Below are positions 27,452 to 41,585 of a stretch of DNA of 64,000 nucleotides, piece by piece. Position 1 is the stretch's first letter. Each line of letters begins with the position of its first letter. Source of the stretch: Eledone cirrhosa (taxonomy: Eukaryota). Under the pieces are notes generated by a model, which was given only the letters and a program-made list of their open reading frames with translations, searched no databases and was not told where the DNA came from. The stretch is taken from positions 126,852,001 to 126,916,000 of the forward strand of contig OZ024740.1 in NCBI GenBank assembly GCA_964016885.1, given 5' to 3'. The position numbers were made by a program, and so were the translations under genes.

Positions 27452-27949
27452 TGTACAGCCACCGGAAATAACATCTGTGGAATATACAGCGCTATCTACC
27501 TGTTAGCTAGCTACCTCAAGGGGAAACAAAAGAACCCTTAAAAGCTACCAGAATAAACCCCTACACAGCGGCTAAACATCAAACGATTATTTCTGTATAA
27601 ATAGAGTGGTTCCAAACACTTCAGCAGTCGACTTTTGGCAGAGTCAGCTAGCGCATCGTTTTTCCTTTACTCTGCCACGCTTTGTCACTCACACACGCCT
27701 TGTATCTCGTATCGTCGCTTCATGCGAAAATAAATAGCTGATTGAATTTACATTTCGCCTTGCTTCGTCCTTTCAACTTGTGCTTTCGTTGTCCACCCTC
27801 AACAGTTCTTTTAAGGGCTATATGCGACAACAGTCCTTTTAAGGGCTATCTTCAGATCTGATCAGACCGTATGTGATAACAGTCCTTCTAAGGGCTATTC
27901 TCGGATCTGATCAGAAGTAGTGACCAGTCTGACTAACCATGTCGCTACA
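27452..27949 (+). repeat. 5' LTR
   Basis: TGTACAGC...GCTACA, TATAAATA near 27596, AATAAA near 27729. About 19 differences from the 3' LTR by manual count. Confidence 0.95.
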
Positions 27950-27951
27950 AT

Positions 27952-27968
27952 TGGTGACCCGAACGTGA
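27952..27968 (+). promoter_or_regulatory. Primer-binding site, tRNA-Trp-like
   Basis: TGGTGACCCGAACGTGA compared with the canonical Trp PBS TGGTGACCCCGACGTGA. Confidence 0.8.
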
Positions 27969-28008
27969 GTTGAAAGCGCAACCAGACAGCATCTAAGAAG
28001 ATACCAAC

Positions 28009-31000
28009 ATGGACATGTCGCAACCAACGACAGAGGCCGAGATTTCAGAGCTGCGGGCTATGATCAGAGAGCGGGCTGGTCAAATTAAAGCCCTCTCAAA
28101 TCAAGTAGAGAACCTGACCTTTCAAACACACCGGCGACGCAGCAACAATCGATCCAGGCCTTTTCACAGTCGAAGATCCAGTAGTCCCAGTCAAAAACGT
28201 GTGTCAGGCAACCTCTGCTGGTATAAAAAAAATTTCGGCGCACAGGCATCTACGTGCAAAGCCCCGTGCTCTTTCCGGAATACCACCCATGGCCTAGCGA
28301 CGACGTTCACCCCTGGTCCTGAAAAGAAAAGTCGTCTATTTTTTTATTAACGACCAGGCGACAGGCATCCGTTACCTCGTGGATACAGGAGCCAAGGTTA
28401 GTGTTATTCCTGTTTCACTAATCTCGGGCAAAAGACACCCAACACCGTCCTTTCTGCAGGCAGTGAACCAATCGTCAATTCCAACTTTCGGGGAAAAATC
28501 CCTGACCCTCAATTTAGGCCTGAGGCGGCGTTTTCAATTGGTGTTCGTCGTGGCAGACCTGCCGACCCCTATCTTAGGAGCCGATTACTCCACCACTTCA
28601 ACCTTCTGGTGGATATGAAGAACCGGAGGCTTATTGACACCACCACAAACCTCACTGTGAAAGGTATATTTACCACGCAATCCACAGTGAGCCCTGAATT
28701 TTGCCAGTCAGAGCCTTCGCAGTACAACGGCATTCTCCAGAAATACCCAGACATCACTCGCCCGGTATTTAAGGATGGTCCTATTAAGCATAGTGTCACG
28801 CACCACATCGAGACAAGAGGACCACCCACAGCTGCCCGACCAAGGAGACTGCCTCCAGACCGATTGAGAATCGCCAACAGGAGTTCCAACACATGCTGGA
28901 CATCGGAATCATTCGCCCTTCCCCCAGCAACTGGTCTGCACCGCTGCACCTTGTTCCTAAAAGAAACGAGAATGATTGGCGACCATGTGGGGATTATCGT
29001 GCACTTAACAATTATACAGTGCCCGATAATTACCCTGTACCTCACCTGCACGATTTTTCTGCCTCTCTGCAAGGCGCACGCATCTTTTCCAAAGTAGATT
29101 TGGTGCGTGCATATAACCAGATACCTATGGAGCTGCCCACATTCCGAAAACCGCAATTACAACACCGTTCGGTTTATTCGAATTCCTGCGAATGCCGTTC
29201 GGTCTGCGCAACGCTGCAAAACCTTTTCAGCGGTTTATTGACACCGTGTTACGCGATCTACCCTTCGTATTCGCGTATATTGACGACGTGCTGGTAGCAA
29301 GTTCTTCCGAGCATGAACACGAGAAGCACTTAGATCTCCTTTTCCAACGTTTGGCTGAGTACGGTATCATCATCAACCCCAGCAAGTGCCTTCTCGGCGT
29401 TCCATCACTGTCCTTTCTAGGGCACATCATCGATAAAGACGGCATTCGTCCACTTCCCGAGAAAATAGAAGCTATCCGCAGTTTTCCCGCACCTACATCA
29501 CTTCGGAAACTGCGTGAATTCCTCGGTCTGGTGAATTTTTATAGGTGTTTTATCCCTCATTGTTCCGACGCAGCCAGACTCCTCACGGACCTTCTTCATA
29601 ACCGGACTCGCAAAAACGAAGAGATCACTCTAAACGAGGAAGAAGTAACATATTTTAACTGCCTGAAGGACATGTTGGCAAACGCTTCCATGCTGGTTTT
29701 CCCCAGGTCTGGCGCTCCTCTTTCGCTGCTAGTGGACGCATCAGACACGGGGGTTGGAGGTGTTCTACAACAATATGTCGACGGCGTGAGGCAACCCTTA
29801 TCCTTCTTTTCTAAGCGGTTGCAACCGGCAGAAACGAAATACAGTACCATTGACCGCGAACTCTTGGCAACCTATCTTTTGGTTAAGCATTTTCGGCACA
29901 TGCTCGAAGGATCGGATTTCGTGATCAACACGGACCATAAACCACTAGTTTTTGCGTTCCGTACCGAACCTGATCGACATTCACCGAGAGAACTCCGACA
30001 ACTGGATTTTGTCTCCCAATATTCAACTGATATTCGGCATATCAAAGGATCAGACAACGTAGCAGCCGACGCCCTGTCCCGAATCCAACTGAACGCAATA
30101 CATGTGCATTCAGACATCGACCTTCAACAGATCCGCAGCTGACCAAGAGACTGACGAAGTGTTTATCAAGCTCCGAGATTCGCCATCCCTCAAGTTTCAG
30201 CAAGTTTCCATTCCTTCTTCTCCGGGACAAATTTGGTGCGACATTTCTACCGATCATGATCGACCGTACGTACCACATATGCATCGTCGACAAGTGTTTT
30301 TCTGCTTCACACTGCTTGTCTCACCCGGGATTCCGGGCTACACAGAAACTAATCTCTGCTCGTTTTGTGTGGACTAACATTAACAAGGACGGGCGTGACT
30401 GGTCCAGGAGCTGCATTGCCTGCCAGAAACATCAAAACTCCACTCGGCACGTTCTCGCAACCTGATGCACGTTTTCATCATGTACATATAGACACATATA
30501 ACTTTGCATATCAACATCGTCGGCCTCTACCGCCATCACAGAACTACACACACTTGCTCACCTGCCTAGATCGATTTTCTCGTTGGCCTGAGGCTTTTCC
30601 CATAAATGATACCTCAGCGGAAACAGTCGCTAAAACTTTGGTTTTACACTGGGTTTCACGTTATGGCGCCCCAGCGAGGATAACAACGGACAGAGGACGC
30701 CAATTTGACTCCCACCTCATCAGGGAACTGACTCGCCTGTTAGGAGGTAAACACATCCGCACGACAGCTTATCACCCGCAAACTAATGGTCTCGTGGAAA
30801 GATTCCATCGCCAATTGAAAGCTGCAATAAAAGCATATCCAGACAAGACCCACTGGTTTGAATACTTACCACTCATCCTTCTGGACATTCGATCCACCGT
30901 TAAGGAGCAATTCGGACACACACCTGCTGAATTAGTGTACGGCACCACCCTGGTTCTACCTGGTCAGATGGTTACTCCCATCTCTCCTCAGGATTTTCCA

Positions 31001-31384
31001 GACGCAGCATCATACGTACACCGTCTTCGACAATATATGTCTCACCTTGCTCCTACAAGCACCCGTCAACAGAACACGGCCACACACGTATCTTCAGACA
31101 TTAAAGATTTGACACACGATTTCGTTCGAAACGACACCATCTCAGCTCATCTTCGACCTCCATATTCTGGCCCTTATCGTGTTCTAAAAAAATATCCAAA
31201 ATATTTTATTCTCGATCTAGATGGTAAACAGAATTCTGTCAGTGTGGACACTGTTACAGTCTCTACACCAGAAGCTCCAACAAATTGCTGTCCCAGCGAG
31301 CCACCTGTTTCATCTCCAGTCACAAGAAGCGGACGACGCGTCCATTGGCCCGCAAAGTTGGCACAATATGTGAATTACCGTTAA
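28009..31384 (+). pseudogene. pol: Frameshifted gag (C-terminal part only) and pol
   Basis: [63 protein letters not shown]...[22 protein letters not shown]. Multiple frameshifts. Confidence 0.93.
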
Positions 31385-32262
31385 CCTCAAGTGAGTTTCT
31401 TCGTGCAAAACATTTCCATTTCCGTGTTTATTATTTTCAGTTTCAAATACAATGAACTTTCTGCTTGAACATTGCAACTTTTAGTGACCATGTGCTCATG
31501 TCACGAAGAACATTATTTATAATGAACATTATTTAATACAAACACTATTTAACAACAAACATTGTGTATATCATTGTGTATAACATTTTTTTTCTTCTCT
31601 CTCTTGTTCTGTAACATTGATTGTGTAATTGTCATAATTTTTATATACATACAAGGCGTGTATATATCCTGTTTTTCATGCACACTAAAAAACCACGTTT
31701 GTTTCACCTTTTGGTTCATACACTGAGCAATAGATATTTGTGTCCCTCTAACTCTTACACTACAAAATGTTTTCTCTTTGATCACGCATTTCACAAATCG
31801 CATCCTCAAAACACTGGCCTTTTTTTTCACGTACACATTCACTCAATAGCTCGAGAATGCCTCGCTTTTTTTGTACCACATGCATTCGCTCAAGTCATAT
31901 GCTGTGGAGCAAACTGTTACTTTTAGGCAGCATGTTTACGGCCATTCAGTTCACACATTATGGTTATCTTCACTGCCCAGTTAGACTTTTTGTCACGCAA
32001 TTCACATGTAGCTCAACCCAAATTGCAACAGGGTCATTCATCACGCCTGCATAAATATGGACAAAGTCATTTTATAGTTTATTTCTTTTTTCTCTTCCTG
32101 ACACATACATCTTGTCACATCATCTCTACATCGACTCTGTCCTGTACTCGATGATGACACAATTTCACAACGTGCTGGACACTCCTGGGGCTATTGTCAT
32201 GACAAATGCACCACTGGCCCATTACTATACGATATTTCGCTCTTTTGTTGTACAAAAGATCT

Positions 32263-32272
32263 GGCAGGGGGC
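32263..32272 (+). promoter_or_regulatory. Polypurine tract
   Basis: GGCAGGGGGC just upstream of the 3' LTR. Confidence 0.7.
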
Positions 32273-32275
32273 TAA

Positions 32276-32773
32276 TGTACAGCCACCGGAAATAACATCT
32301 GTGAAATATACAGCGCCATCTACCTGTTAGCTAGCTACCTCAAGGGGAAACAAAAGAACCCTTAAAAGCTACCAGAATAAACGCCTACACAGCGGCTAAA
32401 CATCAAACGATTATTTCTGTATAAATAGAGTGGTTCCAAACACTTCAGCAGTCGACTTTTGGCAGAGTCAGCTAGCGCATCGTTGTTCCTTTACTCTGCC
32501 ACGCTTTGTCACTCACACACGCCTTGTACCTCGTATCGTCACTTCATGTGAAAATAAATAGCTGATCGAATTTACATCTCGCATTGCTTCCTCCTTTCAA
32601 CTTGTGCTTTCGTTTGTCCATCCTCAACAGTCTTTTAAGGGCTATATGCGACAACAGACCTTTTAAGGGCTATCTTCAGATCTGATCAGACCGTATGCGA
32701 TAACAATCCTTCTAAGGGCTATTATCGGATCTGATCAGAAGTAGTGACCAGTCTGACTAACCACGTCGCTACA
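32276..32773 (+). repeat. 3' LTR
   Basis: Direct repeat of 27452-27949. Confidence 0.95.
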
Positions 32774-33334
32774 AAATTATTAGCTAAATCTTCATTTATC
32801 TTCTGCTCATCAAATACAATTAGTTCGGTATGAAATAGATGTTGAATTACAAACTTAAACGCTGTGACGGATGATATATTTAAATGAGCAGCATATGACT
32901 TTTGTCTTCAACAATGTAAGTATTAAAAAGGTAAATGTTATAAATCGTATCTGATATCACATGGGGAATTAGGTATTCTTCATTCTTTTACTTTTCAAAA
33001 GTATAGCTATTAATTATTGTGAAATTATACGATGTTGCGAAAACTGAATAACAATAAACATACAATTGTCATACATTCAATAATGTCATACATTTTTTTA
33101 AAATGTCAAACCAATAGGTTTATCGCCGAAGTCATAACTGAGGAAACAACTATCGTTCTAAAACTCACAATTCATTATGTATTTACTGCGATCAGTGTGG
33201 AGATGGATATCTACTTAATTAATGTAACAATTAATTTGATAAATATTGTGTTTTAACATCATCTAGTCACACGCACACAGACACTCGTATTCACACACAC
33301 ACGCACACACATTCATGCACATACTATACTCGCA

Positions 33335-33399
<65 letters not shown>

Positions 33400-33688
33400 A
33401 CACATACACACACATACACACACACACTCACTCACGCCCACATGCACTTGTTTTGCAAAATCCCTGATGAGAAGTCGTGTTTTTAAACCGATAGTGTTAT
33501 AACTTAATGTTATAACGATAATGATATAAATAGTGAGGAGGTCACATAATGTGTGACGAAAGAACGTTGAGGACGTAACAAATAAATATTAATAAAATCA
33601 AGTGAAGAAGTGAAAATCATATGGTAATTTGTCATTGGGGATGCTGACAACATAAACGTCTCCAAATATAATAGTACACACACACAAA

Positions 33689-33850
<162 letters not shown>

Positions 33851-36112
33851 TATACATCTATATTGGATCGTTACGCTGTGTTTGTCGTGAAGATTAAGAA
33901 ACATTTCCCTTTGTTTGTTTCTTCTCTTTTGTCAACACAAATATAGAGATCACACGAAAGAGATCCTACATTGGTCTCTCAACTTGCTAGCAATAATAGC
34001 TAAACCTATTTTAAATTACACTTTGGAACTTAATCTAGTACACATTCTATGTAGTACTGCGTGGTAAACCTTAATTTTATTGGCAATGATTTCGATTATA
34101 GATATATCTGATCAGTTCTACAATATACAACAGGTCAGTAATATATCAATTTGATTTCTACTATTCTTTCTTTCTAAAATAAATTTTACATTCTTCTTGT
34201 ATTTTACGATTATTTGTTATTGTATTGCATATTTTCCTTTCATATCCAAATATCTTTTTCTCCTATATCTTTTGGCTTTTTTCTATTTTCTGCTCGTCTT
34301 TCGTCCATATCCAATCTTTCATGTTTATTTCTTTCCTAAATCTAACATTTTCCTTTTTCGTCTTGTATTGCACTTTATTATCCATTTATTGCCCTGCTTA
34401 CGATTTTGTTTTCTTTCCTTGTTGCTGTTCCTTTCTCTGTTTCTCTTTACTATATTATATCATTTAGATGCTTTCTCTTTGCATTCATATTTTTTTCCCC
34501 TAGTTTATTTCGCGTCGACGCATTTTCGTCCTTTTTGCTTCTGTCATTCTTTTGTATTTCCTTTCGTTATATATTTTCCTTGATAACCTTTTCTATATTG
34601 TCTTAGTTATTTTTTTCTTATTTCTTTTCTTTTCTCTGTATTTTATTTATTCATTTATTCATACTTTTAGTATTTCCTTATTATATTCTTTCCTTATTAT
34701 ATTCTTTCCTTATTATATTTCCTTATTATATTCTTTCCGGTTTATTTTGGTTCTATTTCATATTTTAGCTTATTTACCTTTCTGTTATTTAATAATTTTA
34801 TATATTTCCCTATCTAATTTATTTATTTTCTTAACACCATTGATTAAGGAAACTATGGAACTGTCATGTCTGAGTTTTGCCTCTAGCGCAATGTGACAGA
34901 TAACGCAATACCCGCTAGGAGGCGTTATAGTGGCAACGAACGAAAAATCGATAAATTCCAAATTGAATATAACTGGGCCAATTCGAATATAATAACATTT
35001 GATGATAGTTGCAAATGATATCACCATGTACAGCAACAAATACAACGGCACCAACGGCACCAACGATACCGACAACCAGATAAACAGCTATACTGACACA
35101 ATTATTGAAACATTAGCGACATCAAAAATCCAGTTGCTACAATTACAAATAAAGTAACACACTCACACAGTGTTATGTCGACAGAATCAACTTAAAAACA
35201 TTTCGTTTTACAACAATAAAAATAAGGATAATAATTTTCGTCGACGAAAATAAGGAATATTTATGTAAAAAGTGTAAAATGTAAGAGCGCGCAACTACCA
35301 TTATCTACATGCGAATATGAAACGTTATGAATGAAAGGCGGCATTATAAGCTGGTAGTGGAAACAATGTCATTACATAACACAACAGAAAATATATCTTG
35401 CTCGGTTCTGTTCGTAATAACTTTATATGTAATATCGCAAACGTATGATAAAGCACACCATTGAAAACATCCTATAGCATAACAAATATGTTAAATACAA
35501 CCAGAAAAGCAGCCAAGGAAAATTTAGCAATACAATAAGTAGAACGGTATGAACAATAGTTAAAACAATAACAACAATTCAATGAAAGACGTAGCAGTGC
35601 AGTAGATGTACGAAAGTAGGATGACGAAAAGCAGCACACATCTTGAGAATAGGTGTACATAGAATTTACGAGAATGTATTATAAATAACGTGCAACACTG
35701 TATAGGATATATCATCCTTATTATTCTCATTGCCAGCTGTTTAACCAATAAGCTAATTAGAATGGGTTATCTTACTTAATCATATATTAAAAGCAGCTCA
35801 TCATAATTCTCTCTACACTTCAAACCCTTCTGTCAAGGAATGTCTCATATTAAGTTTGTAAATGATAAACTAGATCTGATCAGAATCTAAATGCAGACAT
35901 GTGAGGCAACTGGGAAGCTAGCTTAATGACGTCAGAACAGTAATGGTTTCACAAAATATCTTGGCAGAACTTGGAAATTATACGAAACTATTATATTAAT
36001 AATATTAAGAGGAGTGTAGTGAAAACCAATATATGTACTCACAAATGTGATGCAATGGTCAAATTAAAAGACTCATGTAAGAAATTACATTGTGGCATTT
36101 GTTTTAAATATT

Positions 36113-36260
36113 TACATTCTGAGTTCAAATTTAGCCGAGGTCAACTTTTTATACATCTTTGCAAGTTGGATAAAATAAAATACCTGTTAAAAAATTGTAG
36201 CTGCGCTAACCAATGTTACTATATCCACAGAATTTACTAGTTAAGTGTCTGAATTTGAAA
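36113..36260 (+). mobile_element. Degraded SINE
   Basis: TTCTGAGTTCAAATTTAGCCGAGGTCAACTTT...GATAAAATAAAATACCTGT. Confidence 0.6.
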
Positions 36261-36673
36261 CTAATATATCTACGGGAGACGTCTTATCCATTCTGTCCAC
36301 CGGTGCCGCGAGGCAGCTACCGCGTGAACCCCCTTTTGCTTATAATAGTCAGAGATTGGGAGAGCGGGAAAGATGGAGGCAATGACCGTGTAAGTGTAAT
36401 TCCTTTGTGTTCGGACCTAGTGTATAAGTATACGTTTATTTACTACACCACTACCATTGTTCACAAGATTATATAATGACCCGCGAACTTAAATATATTA
36501 ACTTTAGCATACTGTTTTCAAATATTTTGCCCTGCAAATTAATTATATTTCAAATAAAACCTTTTTATTTGATTTTCTGTGAGAGCAATATTTTATGTTT
36601 GCAATGTTTTAATGGTTATTAATTATACGTGTATATGTGAATTTGTTGGTCTGCACATATATGTACATATGTA

Positions 36674-36775
<102 letters not shown>

Positions 36776-36817
36776 TGTCTGTGTGTGTGTGTGTGTGAGC
36801 GTGTGTGTGTGTGTGTG

Positions 36818-37676
36818 TCAGAGTAAGATTCAGAAACGTCTCAGAACTGGGGTCGCAAAACAAATATTTCAAATCCAAACTACAAGCTACAAGTTTACCA
36901 TTTCGAAATAGCCCACCCATTCACATTTAACGTACATTCTCATCTTTCTTCGCCATGCCTCCGTGCACTCCTGGAAAGATTCTCCTGGAATTGTCCGCAG
37001 GTAAGTCATCAAGGCCTTAATTGCCTCCACGTCCGGAAAAAGGGTCGTACTGGAAGCTCCATCACACATGACCGATGATGGATCTCACCAACATGTCTTA
37101 TCTAGTTGTAGGACGGTTGAGGATGTTCTAGCACATCTGTATAGTCCGCACTTTCTAGTCAACATTCAGCAGCTTCGCAGCATCTTCGCGCAGATTTTCT
37201 GCAAACCGAAATATTCTCTGATAACCTTCTGTTGCGGTTCATACCCAGCTCATTTGCGATGAGTCAATCAGTTACCCAAAGATTGGCATGCTCTACCTTC
37301 CTCACTTGCTCAACGTTGACCTCTGTCATTCTCGTTGAAGGCCTGAGGTCGTATCACACGTTTTGTGACACTCAAACACCCATGAGCCTGATATCATTTT
37401 ATCTCCGTAGACTTGCTGCAATATTCCGAGTACTACTGACGGACCTTTCCATATACGGCCTAGAAAATTCAGGTTGGTTCGTTGCAGAGTTCCCGTCACG
37501 TGACCGCCTATAATTGAGGAGCTGTTATCAAAAGCGCGTGAAGAAAAATACAATGACTCTAGTGAGCAGAGATCACACCTATTTACTCTCTGGATATTAC
37601 GTCAAAAGGTAAACCTTACTCATCTCATAGCTTACACAACAAACCGAGTCCTGTTACTTTTCAGACACACCTCTTA
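36818..37676 (-). mobile_element. Mariner-like DNA transposon remnant, internally deleted
   Basis: C-terminal peptide LRTIPGESFQECTEAWRRKMRMYVKCEWVGYFE and a mariner-type terminus TAAGAGGTGTGTCTGAAAAGTAAC on the minus strand. Confidence 0.6.
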
Positions 37677-39267
37677 TGTATGTCTTTTATGTATGTGTCT
37701 GACTCTATGTTCGCAATTCTTGAAAAACTATGAAGTTCGCTCAACTCTATTTTCAGCATGAACTTCTGTTCTTGCTCATCCACAGGAAATATACTGTCGG
37801 GAAAATGGCTGCTTTCCTATTGTTCCATGTGGTATTTTGGACAGTCATTGTCTTATATTCAAACATATTTTCCGAAATCATTTTATACATGATTAGATAT
37901 GTTTCCATACTCTACATTTAAACATATTTCAATCAATATCTAACATATTCTGCAATATATGTTACATTGGCACTTATTTTATTGACAAGATTATCCAAAT
38001 GTTACAATGCAGTTTTAAAATGTTCCCTTTCTAGCTACTATTAAATGATTTTTAATACGTGTGAAGTATTTACGGCACATAGTAGCGTAATTAATTTCAG
38101 AAAGAGATAAATTTCATTCAATGACAGAAATAACAATCGCGCAATTTACTATAAATGAGGAATAAAATCGCTCACATAATAACATGATTACCCTACTAAA
38201 ACACATAAATGTTGAGTGAATTGGTAACAGGATCGAAACATTAGCTTTTATTATATGGGGGAACCTGACAGAAACAGCAATGATAACTACCACGAAAAAC
38301 AATAACAAAAATGTTATTATCATAACACATTTCATGGCACAATGATAATAATCTTTAATCTAAAGGAGAAGATCCATGAAAAGGCTATTTGGTACTTGCT
38401 CTAACATTTGGTAATCGTAGAATAATGAAAAATGACATCCATTCTACTTTAATTTGAATTCAGATTGTAGCGAAAGCAACCGAACATTTGAGGGTATTTG
38501 TTGAGGTGAGAGTCATCCAAATCCACTCATCCTAATGCTTGGATGATAACGGTAATCTAAATTAAAGTATGTAGAGGAAAACATGAAAAACAACGACGTT
38601 ATTTGTTGATATATTCAACAACATTTTGGTTACTAGCGCCGGAAATTTAAATTTAGCAGAAAATGTATTTCGTACATCACTATACAAACCCTTGATATTT
38701 AATTTGACAAAACGCACAGCAAACTCGAGCCCATTTTGTAAGCAACAACTATATTTTGGCGATTGAAATTTAACATAAAGAATGTAAATTCCGTGACATA
38801 ATGCTCCGTAGAAATTCCTGCCATATTCGAAATTCCTGCCTTACTGCCTCGCGCACAAATATTGAAAGCAATTTACATAAATACACACACACACATACAC
38901 ACAGAAAATAGAAAAAAAAGGATGTATATATATATATATATATATATTATGTGTGTGGGTAATACAGAGAAATACTAGTGTTGGTACCAAATCACATACT
39001 CTATGGACAGTCAGGGTGAATGTAACAAAAAAAACGGGGTTTCGTTTACATATGAAAAGTATTTGTGTATCGATCTGTTACGCACATTTTGCGGAGTATT
39101 GGATCATGGAAATCCATAGGAGTTTTCGATCCGACTCCAGTAACATACGGCTGCATAACTCCTAAATGTTACCTTGAGCCAATCCTCTGCGAAACGCGTG
39201 TTACAGGTCGATAATATTTTTCTAAAATAATCTTCCTCGTTTATTTCTCTTTATATATATATATACA

Positions 39268-39497
<230 letters not shown>

Positions 39498-40119
39498 TAG
39501 ATGTCTCTACATGTACTCACATTTAATAATTTGTCTTGTTTCTCACTCAAGAAACAACATATATATTGCAGAAATGATTGCTCTTTGAACACGACATCAA
39601 GCACTAAGTGCAATCACATCTAAATGTATTTTAATCTTTAGCCAAAAAATACAAAAAAATAACTGAATTGTGATAAATAAACTGAATTGTTTCAATCTAG
39701 GATTAATCTAGGTATCAGTAATATCTGGTGTAACCTAAATAAAAGAAATACACATATATAAACCCTATAGCAAATTTAAAGATGAGTTTGCATTGATCTG
39801 GGCACTTAATCGAGAACGGTAGATAGAACCGCCTGATTATAAATGCAGAAACCTCCAATATATATGAAAGGCACACAATGAATAATGTCATATTCAAACA
39901 GATAAAGGAGAGTGAAATTTCAAAGTTCTTGTTTATTAAGATTTATTACAAAGAAAATCTAATCTTGTGCATATTTACGTAAGAACACACATGCATACAT
40001 ACATATATTCTTACATGTGGCACTGATTTATACGTATTTTCACACATACATACGTATATATATATATGTGTGTGTGTGTGTGTCTGAACGGATAAATGTA
40101 TATATATATATATGTATAT

Positions 40120-40199
<80 letters not shown>

Positions 40200-40778
40200 T
40201 ACATATACATATATGTGTGTGTGTGTATGAATGTGCGTGTGATTATATTTGTGTGTGTGAGTATTTTGATATCTGTGCGCGCTCACAATTTGCTATTTTA
40301 AATTCTAAACTAGATGTTGAAAATTAATATTCATAACCGGATTTTATCGAGACTGTTATCGAATATGCTGAAACTGATAATTTCCTAAGCATAAAAATAT
40401 GAAATATAGTAAAACTTGCAGAGAATATTGTTTACCTTACCTATAATACTTCTGCAATAATGTTTTCTTTAATGCTTTCCCGTACAATAAAACGAGCACG
40501 TTGCCTTTGGAGGATTGTGAAAATGTCTGGGGCTTGTACCTTGGTAAATAGAGAAACACACAAAACATATATATGAATTAAGAAATAAATGTACATACTC
40601 ATGACACACATCTCAAACAACACAGACATCATCGACATCCATACACCCACTCTCATACACGTACCCCTCTCTCTCTCTGTATTTATATGTATATATATAT
40701 ATATTATACACACACACAAACACTCACACACGCACGCACACACACACACACATACACACACACACACACACACACTCA

Positions 40779-40822
<44 letters not shown>

Positions 40823-40829
40823 TATATAT

Positions 40830-41026
40830 ATAACGAAGGAACCAAGTGGACCATAACGCACGAAAGTACTCAATACTTAGGGTAGTAGAGTGGGTAATAG
40901 GAACGAGTAGGACCCCGACGGCTGAGCTCAAGCCGTTTCGACGGCTAATTGTGGACTGAGTCTTTTGAGTCCAGAATTAGCCGTCGAAACGGCTTGAGCT
41001 CAGCCGTCGGGGTCCTACTCGTTCCT
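40830..41026. mobile_element. Fold-back pseudo-LTR fragment, family D
   Basis: Inverted arms centred near 40962, homologous to 16295-16492. Confidence 0.8.
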
Positions 41027-41105
41027 ATATATATATATATATGTACCAAGGCTCTGATACCATCCATACCATAAACACAGAGCTGGCATATCTAAGAACT
41101 GACTA

Positions 41106-41161
41106 ACTGTCTGATGAGGTCATAGCCATTCAATGGCTATCATCGAAATATATATAGCAGT
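41106..41161 (+). ncRNA. Type I hammerhead ribozyme (family C), within solo pseudo-LTR 41043-41210
   Basis: Stem I ACTGT/GCAGT, CTGATGA 41111-41117, GAAA 41145-41148. Confidence 0.82.
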
Positions 41162-41434
41162 AAATATGGGATTATGACTTCATGCAATTGACTTATGTTT
41201 CGTCACTATATTGATATATATATATATATTGTTATACTTGGGGAGGGACATATTTGTGTAATATGGCCATAATTAATAACAGAACACACTGACTGTTTGG
41301 TTGGTTTTCGCTTTTCGCTTCTGTGTCTTTTATATCGGTAATCTAATTTATTCGGTCCTCAATGTTGCCATTGACTGACCAACGGTCAAAAATAATACAG
41401 ATACAATATAGACACAAACACTTATATATAGTTT

Positions 41435-41476
41435 ATCAAAGTTCATTCGTTGCACATCTGCAACATCGTCGGTGGT
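41435..41476 (-). ncRNA. Degenerate hammerhead (family H), within fragment 41229-41524
   Basis: CCGACGA-T-GTTGCA-GATG-TGCAAC-GAAT-GAAC-TT. Fragment end matches ~53472-53491 in reverse complement. Confidence 0.55.
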
Positions 41477-41523
41477 GCTATTGTTTCCTCCCGTTACATT
41501 GTATTTTGTATTTTCTACGCCAT

Positions 41524-41577
<54 letters not shown>

Positions 41578-41585
<8 letters not shown>

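Larger units (their letters stand above)
27452..32773 (+). mobile_element. Gypsy LTR retrotransposon, CsRn1-clade-like, degenerate
   Basis: TG...CA LTRs, 4-bp TSD AAAT (27448-27451 and 32774-32777), tRNA-Trp-like PBS, CHCC-type gag knuckle remnant, domain order PR-RT-RH-IN. Confidence 0.95.

Noticed and set aside
27800-27900. CRISPR-like repeated 20-mers
   Set aside because: Three units inside a retrotransposon LTR, eukaryotic context, no cas genes.
34197-34896. Hydrophobic F/L-rich ORFs resembling membrane or mitochondrial proteins
   Set aside because: Pyrimidine-rich low complexity, open in several frames, with no family motif.
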